A model generated the notes under the pieces. It was given only the letters and a program-made list of their open reading frames with translations, ran no database searches and was not told where the DNA came from. A program made the position numbers and the translations under genes. A DNA stretch of 64,000 bases, from NCBI GenBank assembly GCA_016213525.1, contig JACRAE010000004.1:13269-77268 (forward strand), read 5' to 3'. Source of the DNA: Candidatus Aenigmatarchaeota archaeon. GTDB taxonomy: Archaea; Aenigmatarchaeota; Aenigmatarchaeia; CG10238-14; SCSR01. Shown piece after piece: positions 26,500 through 36,212 of this stretch (its first letter is position 1; every line of letters begins with the position of its first letter).

Positions 26500-28185
26500 A
26501 TGGCTGAAATTGAGGTCTCGTTCGATCTCGAAAAGCTGAAGAAGTTCATACTTCTCGGGTTCCTGGGCGCCGTTTTCATCGTCGAGGTCATGATGACCCT
26601 GAGCAATCCGATAGCGTTCGGGGACGAGGGCTTCCACGTCTCAACGGCCAGGTACATCGGAACGGAGGTCGACTTCTCGAGCACCACGCCGCTCTTCGGG
26701 TCCACGATAAACCCCGAGAGGTTCTCGCGCGCCCCTTTCTGGAACCTGATTGAAGGCAGCTTCTACTTCCTGATGGGGTTCAGCCCCGTGATAGTCAAGG
26801 TCCTCGTTCCCTTCGTCTCGTTCATGACCGGCCTGGCGATATACGTCCTGCTCAGGAGGCTATACTCGGAGAACGTCGGCATACTCGGCGCCGCAATCGC
26901 CGTCGCGATACCGTCCTTCGTCACTTATTCCGTCCTCTTCTACACCACCGTGCCCTACGTCTTCTTCTTCAGCATGGCGTTCCTCTGCCTGCTCACCGCA
27001 ATTAAGACCAACCAGACGAAGTTCTGGGTCCTTTCCGGGCTCTTTTCGGGGATTGCGCTGTTCACGAACATAGCCGGCCTGTTCATGGCAATCCTCATCG
27101 TGCTCATGGGCGTGATCCAAGTTATCAGGTCGAAGAACCGTCAGGACCTGAAGGCCATAGCCAAGACGTGGGGGATAGCGCTGCTGATAATGCTCCTGGT
27201 CGTGTCTCCCTGGGCGGCCAGGAACGTGGGCCTCTTCTACGTGCCTGGATGCACGAGCCTCAACAACATCGTACAGGGAAACTGCGACGCCAGGGGCCAG
27301 ATACAGACCGGGACGGATGTGTTTGAGGGCAGAAATGCGGGCGGCGGCACGGAGGGCTCGATACTCAACGTTGGAATAATGAACTACATCCAGTTCGCGT
27401 ACGGCTTCTACCTGCCGGTTCAGGGACTGGCCCTGGTAGGCACCATGCTGGTTCCATTCTCGTTCCTGGCCGGTATGCTCATCATAGCCAAGAGGAGGGA
27501 GCCGGCGGACGTCGCGATACTTTTGACCGTCCTGATATTCGGCGCCGTGTTCCTGCAGTACGGCGGCATAACCGAGGGCAGGTCTGAGGACACCGCGAGG
27601 TACTTCCTTAGCGCGACCCCGCTCATAGCCCTGGCCGCGGGCACCTACTGGGGCAGCATAAAGAAGGAGGGGCACAAGATGAACGGATGGATAATTTTGG
27701 CCGTTATGGTGTTCGTGCTCGCCATAGCGTTCTTCAGCTTCGAGGTCAGGCTCGCGCAGCTCGACAGCGTGAAGAACTTCGTCCCGAGTTTCTTCCAGGC
27801 GTGCGACTGGGTCAAGCAGAACCTGCCGGAGGACGCCAGGCTGTTCTCCCTCAACACGTACCCCACCAGGTACAACTGCGAGCGCGCGTCCGTGTGGGAG
27901 ACCGACTACAAGGCGGACATACTCCTCAGCAACAACTTGACCCTCGTCAAGGAGGGTCTGGACAAGAACGGCATAGACTACGTGTTCGTCCAGAAGTTCG
28001 CCTTGAGCAACGCCGCGTACAGCCAGGCATATCCGGTAGCCTTCCTCGACCTCATGAGGGCTCACAACGAGACGTTCCAGTGGGTCTATGAGAACGGACC
28101 GGCTTACGGGACGCAGGAATTTGCCGCGTGCGCACAGACCGGAGGTTGCGACCCCGGAAACGTCCTTTACAGGGTCGTACGATAG
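26500..28185 (+). CDS. GT-C fold membrane glycosyltransferase, PMT_2/ArnT-like
   Basis: 561 aa with more than 10 TM segments. First-loop acidic motif FGDEGFH. ...APFWNLIEGSFYFLMGFS...LVPFVSFMTGLAIYVLLRRLYSENVGILGAAIAVAIPSFV matches the PMT_2 layout. A soluble C-terminal domain follows. Confidence 0.65.
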   Translation: MAEIEVSFDLEKLKKFILLGFLGAVFIVEVMMTLSNPIAFGDEGFHVSTARYIGTEVDFSSTTPLFGSTINPERFSRAPFWNLIEGSFYFLMGFSPVIVKVLVPFVSFMTGLAIYVLLRRLYSENVGILGAAIAVAIPSFVTYSVLFYTTVPYVFFFSMAFLCLLTAIKTNQTKFWVLSGLFSGIALFTNIAGLFMAILIVLMGVIQVIRSKNRQDLKAIAKTWGIALLIMLLVVSPWAARNVGLFYVPGCTSLNNIVQGNCDARGQIQTGTDVFEGRNAGGGTEGSILNVGIMNYIQFAYGFYLPVQGLALVGTMLVPFSFLAGMLIIAKRREPADVAILLTVLIFGAVFLQYGGITEGRSEDTARYFLSATPLIALAAGTYWGSIKKEGHKMNGWIILAVMVFVLAIAFFSFEVRLAQLDSVKNFVPSFFQACDWVKQNLPEDARLFSLNTYPTRYNCERASVWETDYKADILLSNNLTLVKEGLDKNGIDYVFVQKFALSNAAYSQAYPVAFLDLMRAHNETFQWVYENGPAYGTQEFAACAQTGGCDPGNVLYRVVR

Positions 28186-28227
28186 TCTTCTGATTCCTTA
28201 CAGCTCTTGGTCGCGTCTCGGAGGATT

Positions 28228-29097
28228 CTAGCCGCGCCACTTCTTCCTGTCTAGCTGCCCCGTCAGGAACTCGAAAGTCGCCTGGAACGGCGCGAGGTCC
28301 GGGCTCTTGACGATGTAGAAGCCCGCGACCAGCGGGAACCACATCGCCGCCTTCGCCCACTGCGCCCTGGTCCAGTGCTTCCTCATGAGCCTGTACCTGT
28401 TGCGGTGGTTAATCAGCCGTCCGACGTATCCCAGCCTCTTGGCCGTGGGGCCGCTGTGATGGTACAGGACCGCGTTGGGCTGCAGCATCATCTTGTAGCC
28501 GCCGTTCCTCATCCTTATCGACATGTCAGCATCCTCGTTGTATATCGGATTGAAGTCCTCGTCGAACATTCCTATCTTCTTGAAAACAGACATCCTGTAT
28601 ATCGTCGCCGAGCCGTTCACCATGTCTACCTCCACGTGTGGACGGTTCATCTTCACGAATGTCTTCCCCTTGTCCCTTGTCGCTATGAAGGAGCCGTAGG
28701 TCACCACGAGCCCCGTGCTCTCGACGTGAGTCCCGTCCCAGTTCACTACCAGTCCTTGGACGGCCCCGATACTCTCGTCGCCCTCAATGGTCCCCATAAG
28801 GAGTCGGAGGCAGTTTGGCTCTATCTTCATGTCGTCGTTCAGTACCGCAACGTACTTCGTCCTCACGTTCCTGAGGCCGCGGTTGACGCCGCCGCTGAAC
28901 CCGGTGTTCCTCCCGTTCTGTATGAACCTTATCTTGTTCTTCTTCAACCACTCGACGCTCCCGTCGGTCGATCCCTGGTCTGAAATTAAAACCTCGAAGT
29001 CCCTGAACGTCTGCTTCCTGAGGGTGGGCAGCAGGCCCTTCAGGTGGTCAAGACCGTTCCAGTTTACGACCAGCACGGTCAGCTTCTTCCTTCGCAT
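28228..29097 (-). CDS. Glycosyltransferase family 2 (WbbL/rhamnosyltransferase-like layout)
   Basis: LTVLVVNWNGLDHLKGLLPTL..QT..DFEVLISDQGSTDGS...NTGFSGGVNRG...VAVLNDDM. Confidence 0.75.
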   Translation of the reverse strand: MRRKKLTVLVVNWNGLDHLKGLLPTLRKQTFRDFEVLISDQGSTDGSVEWLKKNKIRFIQNGRNTGFSGGVNRGLRNVRTKYVAVLNDDMKIEPNCLRLLMGTIEGDESIGAVQGLVVNWDGTHVESTGLVVTYGSFIATRDKGKTFVKMNRPHVEVDMVNGSATIYRMSVFKKIGMFDEDFNPIYNEDADMSIRMRNGGYKMMLQPNAVLYHHSGPTAKRLGYVGRLINHRNRYRLMRKHWTRAQWAKAAMWFPLVAGFYIVKSPDLAPFQATFEFLTGQLDRKKWRG

Positions 29098-29141
29098 ACC
29101 TGAGAATTATTTCCGAGGGGTTGCTTAAATCATTTTCAATC

Positions 29142-29855
29142 TCAGTACTCGACTTCCAGGAAGTCCCCGCCTTTCACGCTCTTCATGCTCTGGTCGCGGG
29201 GCAGGGGTATGTCGACGTCTGCGAGCTTCATTTTCTTGACCTCCGGCGTCGTGATCCTCGCCAGATTGTAGTGGCTTATCTTGCTCTTGCCGGTCAGGTG
29301 GAGCAGCCCCGTCCTCTTCTCCGAAATCATCTTCTTTATCCCCTTCGAAAGCGTGTCCGCGAACACGGATGTCGAGTACCTGTCCGTGAAGGCGCCCTCG
29401 TACCTCCACTTGGCGCGCTCCACGAAGTCGGTCCTCATTATGAGGTGGTTCTTCATCCTCGTCACTATCATCTCGGCCATCATCTTGGTCACGCCGTAGA
29501 AATTTATCGGATTCGGCGTGTCCGTCTCGACGTAGTCCCCCCGGTCCCCGTGGAAGACGCAGGCCGTGGACGGAAAAACAAAGTAACACTCTCTGTTAGC
29601 CTTCTCCGCCGCGTCCACCACGTTCCTCGTGCCCTCTACGTTGAACTCCCATGCCTTCGCATGGTCAGTCTCGCATCCCCTCACGTCGACCCATGCCGCT
29701 CCTTGGAACACCACGTCCGGCACGTGGGCCTCCATGTAACTGGACACGGAGACCTTGTCTGTTATGTCGACCTCAGAATGCGAGGGCGTGAGCGCCTCGG
29801 GGAACTCTTTAGACAGTGACCTTCCGAGCCTCCCGTTGCTTCCGAAAATTATCAT
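29142..29855 (-). CDS. Short SDR, RmlD-like NDP-sugar reductase
   Basis: IIFGSNGRLG Rossmann start, YGVTKMMAE (YxxxK), and the RmlD_sub_bind-like order of elements. At 237 aa it is shorter than typical RmlD. The ATG at 29855 was chosen; a GTG at 29861 is the alternative. Confidence 0.5.
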   Translation of the reverse strand: MIIFGSNGRLGRSLSKEFPEALTPSHSEVDITDKVSVSSYMEAHVPDVVFQGAAWVDVRGCETDHAKAWEFNVEGTRNVVDAAEKANRECYFVFPSTACVFHGDRGDYVETDTPNPINFYGVTKMMAEMIVTRMKNHLIMRTDFVERAKWRYEGAFTDRYSTSVFADTLSKGIKKMISEKRTGLLHLTGKSKISHYNLARITTPEVKKMKLADVDIPLPRDQSMKSVKGGDFLEVEY

Positions 29856-29857
29856 CG

Positions 29858-31246
29858 TCACGGCTTTCCCACCGCCCTGTAAACGAATCCGACGGATATC
29901 ATGTCGTCCTTCTTGAAGAACGCCCTGCCGTCCACCAGGACCCTCGTTCTCATTTCTCCTGCTACTTTCTCCATGTCCAAGGTCCTAAAAACGTCGTGGT
30001 CCGTGGCCATTACCACGGCGTCGGCGCCCGAGAATGCTCCCTTCATGGGCGTGAGCCTTCTCTTGGACCCAACCATCTCCATGACCGGGTCGACAACCGA
30101 CACTTCGGCGCCCTTCGACTCTAAAATGTCTATGATGAAGTTCGACGGCGTGACCCTGGCGTCGGCTATGTTCTTCTTGTACGACAGTCCGAGAAGCACT
30201 ACTCTAGCCCCTTCCACACCCCTGCCGGCCTCCCTCATCGCGTCCTCGAGCAGCTCCACGACGTGCGACGGCATCGAGTCGTTCACTTCCCTCGTGACCC
30301 GCATCAGCCTCGTGTCGAAGCCGACGTCCTCCGCCTGTTTTATGAGGTACCACGTGTCGACTGGTATGCACTCGCCCCCGACACCCGTCCCGGGATAGTG
30401 CGGCAGAAACGCGAACGGCTTGGTCTTCGCCCCGTTTATGACCTCGAAAGTGTCGACCCCGAGCTTCGGCAGGACCTTCGCCATCTCGTTCACCAGAGCC
30501 AGGTTCACGTCCCTGAATATGTTCTCGAGCAGCTTCGTCGCCTCGGCCGCCTCTATCGTGGACATCTCTTTGATCTCGGCGTTGATGAAGCTGGAGTAAA
30601 GTCCCTTTGCCGCGGCCATGCTCCTCCCGTCTATCGCGCTGATGACACGGCTCACGTTGTCTACAGTGTACTTCTCGAAGTCCTTGTGGTCGCCGTAGAC
30701 GACGTGCGGCATCTTCTCAGTCGGCAGGGTCGGATTGTACCTCTCAGGGCAATACGCCACGCCGAAGTCCCTGCCGGCCTCCATGCCCGACACCCTCTCG
30801 ATTAGTTTGTACATCTTCTTCGTGGAGCCTATCGCGACCGAGCTCTCGAACACTACTACCGCGCCTTTCTGCAAGTTCTTCGCTATCGTCTCGGATGCGC
30901 TCTCTAGTATGGACAGGTCTATGCTCTTTTCCTTGTTGAGGGGAGTCGGCACGCACACAAAAATGACATCTGCCTTCTTCATCTTTTCCGGGGACGTGGT
31001 GGCGTTTATCTTCTTGTCGGCTAGGGCCTTCCCAAGAATTGGATTGTACTCGAACCTTACCCTGTTCGCGTTGATCGACTCCACCCTATCCTTGCTTATG
31101 TCGAACGCCGTCACGCCGAAGCCTTTGCTGGCTAGGAATGTGGCGAGGGGCAGCCCTATCGTTCCGCACCCCACAACGCAGACACTCACTTCCCTGCGCT
31201 CTATTTTGTCCAGCGTTTCCCGTTCGCTGCACCCGTATATCGGCAT
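29858..31246 (-). CDS. Nucleotide-sugar dehydrogenase (UDP-ManNAc dehydrogenase WecC-like / UDP-glucose dehydrogenase family)
   Basis: VCVVGCGTIGLPLATFLASKG (NAD-binding), the catalytic region FLPHYPGTGVGGECIPVD, and the C-terminal LLGLSYKKNIADAR. Confidence 0.75.
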   Translation of the reverse strand: MPIYGCSERETLDKIERREVSVCVVGCGTIGLPLATFLASKGFGVTAFDISKDRVESINANRVRFEYNPILGKALADKKINATTSPEKMKKADVIFVCVPTPLNKEKSIDLSILESASETIAKNLQKGAVVVFESSVAIGSTKKMYKLIERVSGMEAGRDFGVAYCPERYNPTLPTEKMPHVVYGDHKDFEKYTVDNVSRVISAIDGRSMAAAKGLYSSFINAEIKEMSTIEAAEATKLLENIFRDVNLALVNEMAKVLPKLGVDTFEVINGAKTKPFAFLPHYPGTGVGGECIPVDTWYLIKQAEDVGFDTRLMRVTREVNDSMPSHVVELLEDAMREAGRGVEGARVVLLGLSYKKNIADARVTPSNFIIDILESKGAEVSVVDPVMEMVGSKRRLTPMKGAFSGADAVVMATDHDVFRTLDMEKVAGEMRTRVLVDGRAFFKKDDMISVGFVYRAVGKP

Positions 31247-31248
31247 GA

Positions 31249-32154
31249 TTAGCTTCCCCTCACGCTGTCAGCCAGCCTGCTTATCCCCTCCTCCAGCCCG
31301 ACCTTCGCCTTGAAGCCTAGCATGTTCGCAGCCTTCTCTGTGTCTGGTATCCTGTGGTATATGTCCCTCTTCCTGCCCCTACCAGAGTCCTCCTCCTTCA
31401 CGAACTCTACCTTGCTCGTCGACTCAGTCACGTCTATGACCTTCTTCGCAAGCTTCTCTATTGTGACAGGCTCGGAGGAGTTCCCTATGTTGAAGACCTC
31501 GTTCATCGGGTTTTTTATGGCGAGTAGCATGGCGTCGACGACGTCGCTCACGTAGCAGAATGCCCTTGTCTGCGTCCCGTCCCCATGGACGGTCAACGTC
31601 TTGTTCTCCATCGCCAGCTGCACGAACCTCGGCATCACGAACTCCGGGGACTGGCCCGGCCCGTAGACGCTGAATAATCTGAATATGTTGTACTTCATCC
31701 CCGACGTCTTGGACACGACCTTGACGTACTCTTCGCCGACTATCTTGCTGACCCCGTACGGGGAGACCGGATTGAAGAAGTCGTCCTCGCGTATCGGCGT
31801 CCTTGCGGGCTCGCCGTAAACCTCGGACGAGGAAGTGAATAGGAACCTTTCGACCTCCCCCTCGATGCAGGAGTTGAGTATGTTCCTGACGCCGTCTATG
31901 TTAACGTCTAGAGTAAGCATCGGGTTCTTCTCGGAGTTCGCGACCCCCAGCACGGCTGCGAGGTGGACGACCGCGTTGTAGCCCCTCAGGTTCGGTATGG
32001 TCTCGGGCCTCGTTATGTCCATGGGCACGAAGTCCACCCCGTTCATCAGGGGGTTCCTGACGTCCCCGACGGTGACGCTGTGGCCTTCCCTCACCAGTGC
32101 CCAGCACAGGTGCCTGCCTATGAAGCCGGAACCGCCCGTCACGAAAACTTTCAT
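31249..32154 (-). CDS. NAD-dependent NDP-sugar epimerase/dehydratase (SDR)
   Basis: MKVFVTGGSGFIGRHL, SSSEVYG, YGVSKIVGE, and DGTQTRAFCYVSDV. Trimmed to the ATG at 32154; the track's first codon at 32175 is TTG. Confidence 0.75.
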   Translation of the reverse strand: MKVFVTGGSGFIGRHLCWALVREGHSVTVGDVRNPLMNGVDFVPMDITRPETIPNLRGYNAVVHLAAVLGVANSEKNPMLTLDVNIDGVRNILNSCIEGEVERFLFTSSSEVYGEPARTPIREDDFFNPVSPYGVSKIVGEEYVKVVSKTSGMKYNIFRLFSVYGPGQSPEFVMPRFVQLAMENKTLTVHGDGTQTRAFCYVSDVVDAMLLAIKNPMNEVFNIGNSSEPVTIEKLAKKVIDVTESTSKVEFVKEEDSGRGRKRDIYHRIPDTEKAANMLGFKAKVGLEEGISRLADSVRGS

Positions 32155-32230
32155 TTTGTAGACCTTACGTATCAATTATCGGGGCAAATTATATAACCGT
32201 TCCAGTGCCCATTAACTACAAGGGACTGGA

Positions 32231-33256
32231 ATGGCCTACGCTACAATAATCGTTCCAATTATCGTCGCCCTGGTCGCGACCTACTTCGCCACCAAATACG
32301 GCATAAGGTACTTCCGCTTCATAGGCCTGGTCACCACCGACGTCCACAAGCAGAAGAAGCCCCTCGTGCCGTACTCTGCTGGCATACCCCTCCTGTCCGG
32401 GACGCTGTGCGGCCTCCTCGTCTACGTCTTCATGAACGTCTTCGTTTTCGGGGTCAGCTACGAGCTCGCCCACGTGTTCGCGGGCATCACGAGCATGTTC
32501 ATCATAGCCCTCGTCGGCCTGTTCGACGACCTCAACTCCGTGCAGGTGAAGGTCGACGGCTTCGTCGAGGGCAAGAAGGGCCTGAAGAGGTGGCAGAAGC
32601 CGCTCCTGACCATCCTGGCCGCTTTCCCCCTGATGGCCATAATGGCGGGCACCGACCACATATTCCTGCCGCTCGTCGGCGAGGTGGAGCTCGGCATCCT
32701 GTATCCGTTCATCTTCGTGCCCGCCGCCATCGTGATAGCGTCGAACGCGATAAACATGCTCGGGGGCTTCAACGGCCTGGAGGTGGGTATGGGACTGGTC
32801 TACACGCTGTCGCTCGGTGTATTCGCCCTTATCAACGACTCTACCCTCGCGGCCGTCCTGTTCCTGACGACCTTCGGCGCGCTGCTCGGTCTGGCGAGGT
32901 ACAACTTCCCTCCGGCCAGGATATTGTCAGGCGATAGCCTCACATACCTGCTGGGCGCGGTCCTGGCCGTGGGCGCGATAATAGGGAACATGGAGAAGGC
33001 GGTGCTCCTTACAATGATGCCGTTCGTGATACAGGCCGCCCTTAAGTTTTGGTCGTTTAAATCGAACGGGAGCTTCGCGTCGGATCTGGGAGCGGTGCAG
33101 AGGGACGGCACCATAAAGTCCAGGTACGGGAACAAAGTCTACTCATGGACCCACCTAGTGATGAGGTCTGGTAGGTTCACAGAGATCCAGATAGTCGCGA
33201 TAATGATGGCGGTCCAGGCGGCGTTCTCCGTCCTGCCGTTCCTCGGGATATTCTGA
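32231..33256 (+). CDS. aglH: Polyprenyl/dolichyl-phosphate GlcNAc-1-phosphate transferase, AglH/ALG7/MraY-WecA family
   Basis: About 10 TM segments. ALVGLFDDLN (DDxx), NAINMLGGFNGLEVGMG and PARILSGDSLTYLLG are hallmarks of the polyprenyl-phosphate N-acetylhexosamine-1-P transferase family. Confidence 0.75.
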   Translation: MAYATIIVPIIVALVATYFATKYGIRYFRFIGLVTTDVHKQKKPLVPYSAGIPLLSGTLCGLLVYVFMNVFVFGVSYELAHVFAGITSMFIIALVGLFDDLNSVQVKVDGFVEGKKGLKRWQKPLLTILAAFPLMAIMAGTDHIFLPLVGEVELGILYPFIFVPAAIVIASNAINMLGGFNGLEVGMGLVYTLSLGVFALINDSTLAAVLFLTTFGALLGLARYNFPPARILSGDSLTYLLGAVLAVGAIIGNMEKAVLLTMMPFVIQAALKFWSFKSNGSFASDLGAVQRDGTIKSRYGNKVYSWTHLVMRSGRFTEIQIVAIMMAVQAAFSVLPFLGIF

Positions 33257-33258
33257 GT

Positions 33259-34785
33259 TCAATTTATTATTTTCTGTAGTAGCGCTTCGACAGGGCGCAG
33301 GACCCTGGATGCGAGCCTGGACCTCGATGACAGGTGCCTGACTATCTTCAGGTCGTCCTCCGTGTAATATCTCAAGACGCCGAGGGCCAGAAGATAGGCG
33401 AACGTCGCGACCAAGACTGCCCCGAGCTTCATGAGGTTGGACTGCAGTGCGGCGTTGAGCGGGAGCGCGACCGCGGCGAAAACGAGAGCGGCGACCACTA
33501 TCTTCGACAGGGGCCTCCATTCTATTTTGAGTCCAACATACTTTCTGAGATAGACGTAGCTCATCATGACCAGGACCACGGACGAGGCCAGGTAGCCTAT
33601 GGCCATTCCCATTGACGACAGCACTGAGGTCGCATAGATACCGACTGCGAAGAATATGACGACGGACAGGATGGTGATGTTCCTGGTTGCCTTGATGTCG
33701 CCGACTGCGAATATGCTGGACACGAGTATCTGGCCTATACCGACCATCAGAGCGCCCGGAGCGAGGAACAGCAACAGGTCGGACGCAGGCAGGTTCTCCG
33801 CCTTGTGCGAAAAGAACATTATAATCTGGCTTGAGAACACCAGAAGAAGGGCGACGAGGGGTATGGTTAGGAAGGACGTGAACTTTATCACCTGGGATAT
33901 CAGATCCCCCTGTCTTTTCTTTGGGTTGGCCGTGGCGGACAGCCCAGAGTTTATCGGCGTGAGGGCCTGGCTTAGGGTCATTGGTATGAAGACTATCGGA
34001 ACTATCAAGGTCATGGCTATCGCGAATATCCCAGTCACGACTTTGTCGCCCGTGACCGAGTTCACTATGATGTTCGGTATGTTCGTGAATATGATCCACA
34101 TTATGCTCGTCACGAGTACCGGCAGCCCTATGCCAATCACCATGTCCCTTCCGCTGACCCTGGAGCTCTTGCCCGTCGGAAGGAAGAACGCCCTTATAAT
34201 CACCGGGACGAAGAGAGACACGACGAACGCGACGAGCGGCCCCATGAATCCGACGACAATCCCAAACAGGACGAACGGGAGCGCGAGCTTCAGCACCTGC
34301 CCTATTAGGTTGGAGCCGAACAGCAGCCTCATGTTCTGCATCCCTTGGAATATCCCGTTGGTCATGTAGAAGAAGCCCCACCCGAATATCAGGACTGATA
34401 TCGCCCATATGCTCTCCAACGGCAGCTTGAGCGCAACGGACAGCTGAGCGGAGAAAAGGGCTATGAGACCGGCGACCACGAAATTCGACACCAGCGCGAA
34501 CTTCATGGCGAACTTCACTATGCCGTTGACCTTCTCCATGCTTCCGGACTTCAGGTATACTGGTATCATCCTGACGACGACTGCGTTCATGCCCAGGAGG
34601 GTGAAGGCCGCTATGACGAGCGATGTGTTCACGGACGTCGACACTATCCCATAATCAGACACCGAGAACGTCCTGCTCACTATCAGCCAGAAAACGAGGG
34701 AGAGCACGGTCGACATACCCCAGTCCAGCATCAGGTAGAAGCTGTTGCTTATCAGGCTGCTGCTGGACTCGTCTGACTTTGACAT
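33259..34785 (-). CDS. Oligo/polysaccharide flippase, Wzx/MOP superfamily (second copy)
   Basis: Multi-TM Polysacc_synt-like protein, distantly paralogous to 15160..16680. The start is set at the ATG at 34785 (MSKSDESS...). The ATG at 34818 would leave only 9 nt to the divergent gene. Confidence 0.7.
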   Translation of the reverse strand: MSKSDESSSSLISNSFYLMLDWGMSTVLSLVFWLIVSRTFSVSDYGIVSTSVNTSLVIAAFTLLGMNAVVVRMIPVYLKSGSMEKVNGIVKFAMKFALVSNFVVAGLIALFSAQLSVALKLPLESIWAISVLIFGWGFFYMTNGIFQGMQNMRLLFGSNLIGQVLKLALPFVLFGIVVGFMGPLVAFVVSLFVPVIIRAFFLPTGKSSRVSGRDMVIGIGLPVLVTSIMWIIFTNIPNIIVNSVTGDKVVTGIFAIAMTLIVPIVFIPMTLSQALTPINSGLSATANPKKRQGDLISQVIKFTSFLTIPLVALLLVFSSQIIMFFSHKAENLPASDLLLFLAPGALMVGIGQILVSSIFAVGDIKATRNITILSVVIFFAVGIYATSVLSSMGMAIGYLASSVVLVMMSYVYLRKYVGLKIEWRPLSKIVVAALVFAAVALPLNAALQSNLMKLGAVLVATFAYLLALGVLRYYTEDDLKIVRHLSSRSRLASRVLRPVEALLQKIIN

Positions 34786-34827
34786 GCTACCGCTCACTAG
34801 AATACATTTAACCTGCATATTAGATTA

Positions 34828-36174
34828 ATGATTATGGACGGGAGGCGTTTCCTCATAATCCTCGTCGCGGCGTCCCTCGCGATGAAGATACCCATCGCCC
34901 TCATGACGCATAGTTTTGGTGTAGACGAGAGCCTATACCTGTCGACCGCAAGGCAGTACGCAGAGACGGGAGTGTTCGGTCTACAGGAGGGACCGTACGA
35001 CTTCAGGTTCATAGCTCCCATGTTCGCCTTCGTCGCGTCGTTCTTCTATATGCTAGGCGGGGAGGGAGGCGTGCTGTTGATATCGCCGATTTTCACAACC
35101 CTCTCCCTTGTTGCAATCTATCTGCTCGGCAGACAGGTGGGCGGCGAGAAGGTCGGGAGGCTGGCCGCCTTGATGGGAATGTTCTCCTCCATACTCCTTC
35201 TCATGTCTTCCAGACCCCTCACCGAGGGCGTGGCGCTGTTCTTCTTCTCGGCCTCGATGCTGGCTATGAGCTCCGCCGCAAGGGACGGCTCGCATCGCGG
35301 CTGGCTGGTTGCCCTGCCCGTGCTGATGACCGCGACTTTCCTCTCCAGGTTCCAATACGGCTTCCTGATTGTGGTGTTCTTTGTGGCGTACGTCCTGTTC
35401 TCGGGGACCTACAGAAAATTTGCCGCTCCGGGTCTCCTTCTTGGCTGCCTGGCGGCGGCCGCTGTCGCCTCGCCTTGGATTTTGATGAACATGGCGAACT
35501 ACGGTAGCCCTCTCGGCGGCGCCGAACGCCAGGCCGGAACGGACGCCGGCTTCGATCCGTCGAGCGCTGTTTTCTACGTGCCGTACTTCTTCCTGATAGC
35601 CGGTCTGTATGCCCCGCTGGTTCTCTACGGTCTCTACAGGGCGGTCAAATCCAAGGACATGTTCCTGGTGATGTCCTTTGCCGTGGTCTTTGCCGCCCAG
35701 TTCCTCGTGTTCGGAAAGATAGTTGAAGAAAGATACTTGCTTCCGTTGCTGCCCGCGTCGCTGATCCTGGCCGCCGCGGGCTTCTTCGGCATGGCTAAAG
35801 GAGACAGGAGGTTGATGGGGATTGTCCTGATAGCCATCATGTTGGGAAGCCTGGCCCTCGGATACGGCGCGGTAAGCGTTTACCAGAACAACGCCCGATA
35901 CGACGACTCAAAAGACGCGGCGTTCTTTGTGAAAGAGAACTGCAGCTCCCCGGTAATGAGCAACTCTTTCGTCCACGTGTGGTATTACACGGGATATGAG
36001 AACATCCCCCTGCAGAAGGATATTTATGCGAGTCTGGAGGCTATGGGGGACAGGTCTGCCAACTGCATAATGTTCAGCGAATATGAGGCTCCGTTCACGG
36101 ACCCCTTCCGCGGCACGCCCTATGTGAAGACCGCGTTCGAGTCTTCGGGCGTCACCGTCTACAAGCTGTCATAG
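34828..36174 (+). CDS. GT-C fold membrane glycosyltransferase, PMT_2/ArnT-like
   Basis: 448 aa. First-loop motif FGVDESLYLSTARQY, then ...APMFAFVASFFYMLGG...ISPIFTTLSLVAIYLLGRQVGGEKVGRLAALMGMFSSILL (PMT_2 layout). There are multiple TM segments. Confidence 0.6.
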   Translation: MIMDGRRFLIILVAASLAMKIPIALMTHSFGVDESLYLSTARQYAETGVFGLQEGPYDFRFIAPMFAFVASFFYMLGGEGGVLLISPIFTTLSLVAIYLLGRQVGGEKVGRLAALMGMFSSILLLMSSRPLTEGVALFFFSASMLAMSSAARDGSHRGWLVALPVLMTATFLSRFQYGFLIVVFFVAYVLFSGTYRKFAAPGLLLGCLAAAAVASPWILMNMANYGSPLGGAERQAGTDAGFDPSSAVFYVPYFFLIAGLYAPLVLYGLYRAVKSKDMFLVMSFAVVFAAQFLVFGKIVEERYLLPLLPASLILAAAGFFGMAKGDRRLMGIVLIAIMLGSLALGYGAVSVYQNNARYDDSKDAAFFVKENCSSPVMSNSFVHVWYYTGYENIPLQKDIYASLEAMGDRSANCIMFSEYEAPFTDPFRGTPYVKTAFESSGVTVYKLS

Positions 36175-36212
36175 AAACACATTGTCGTTGGCCGAAGATT
36201 CTATAGAATATT

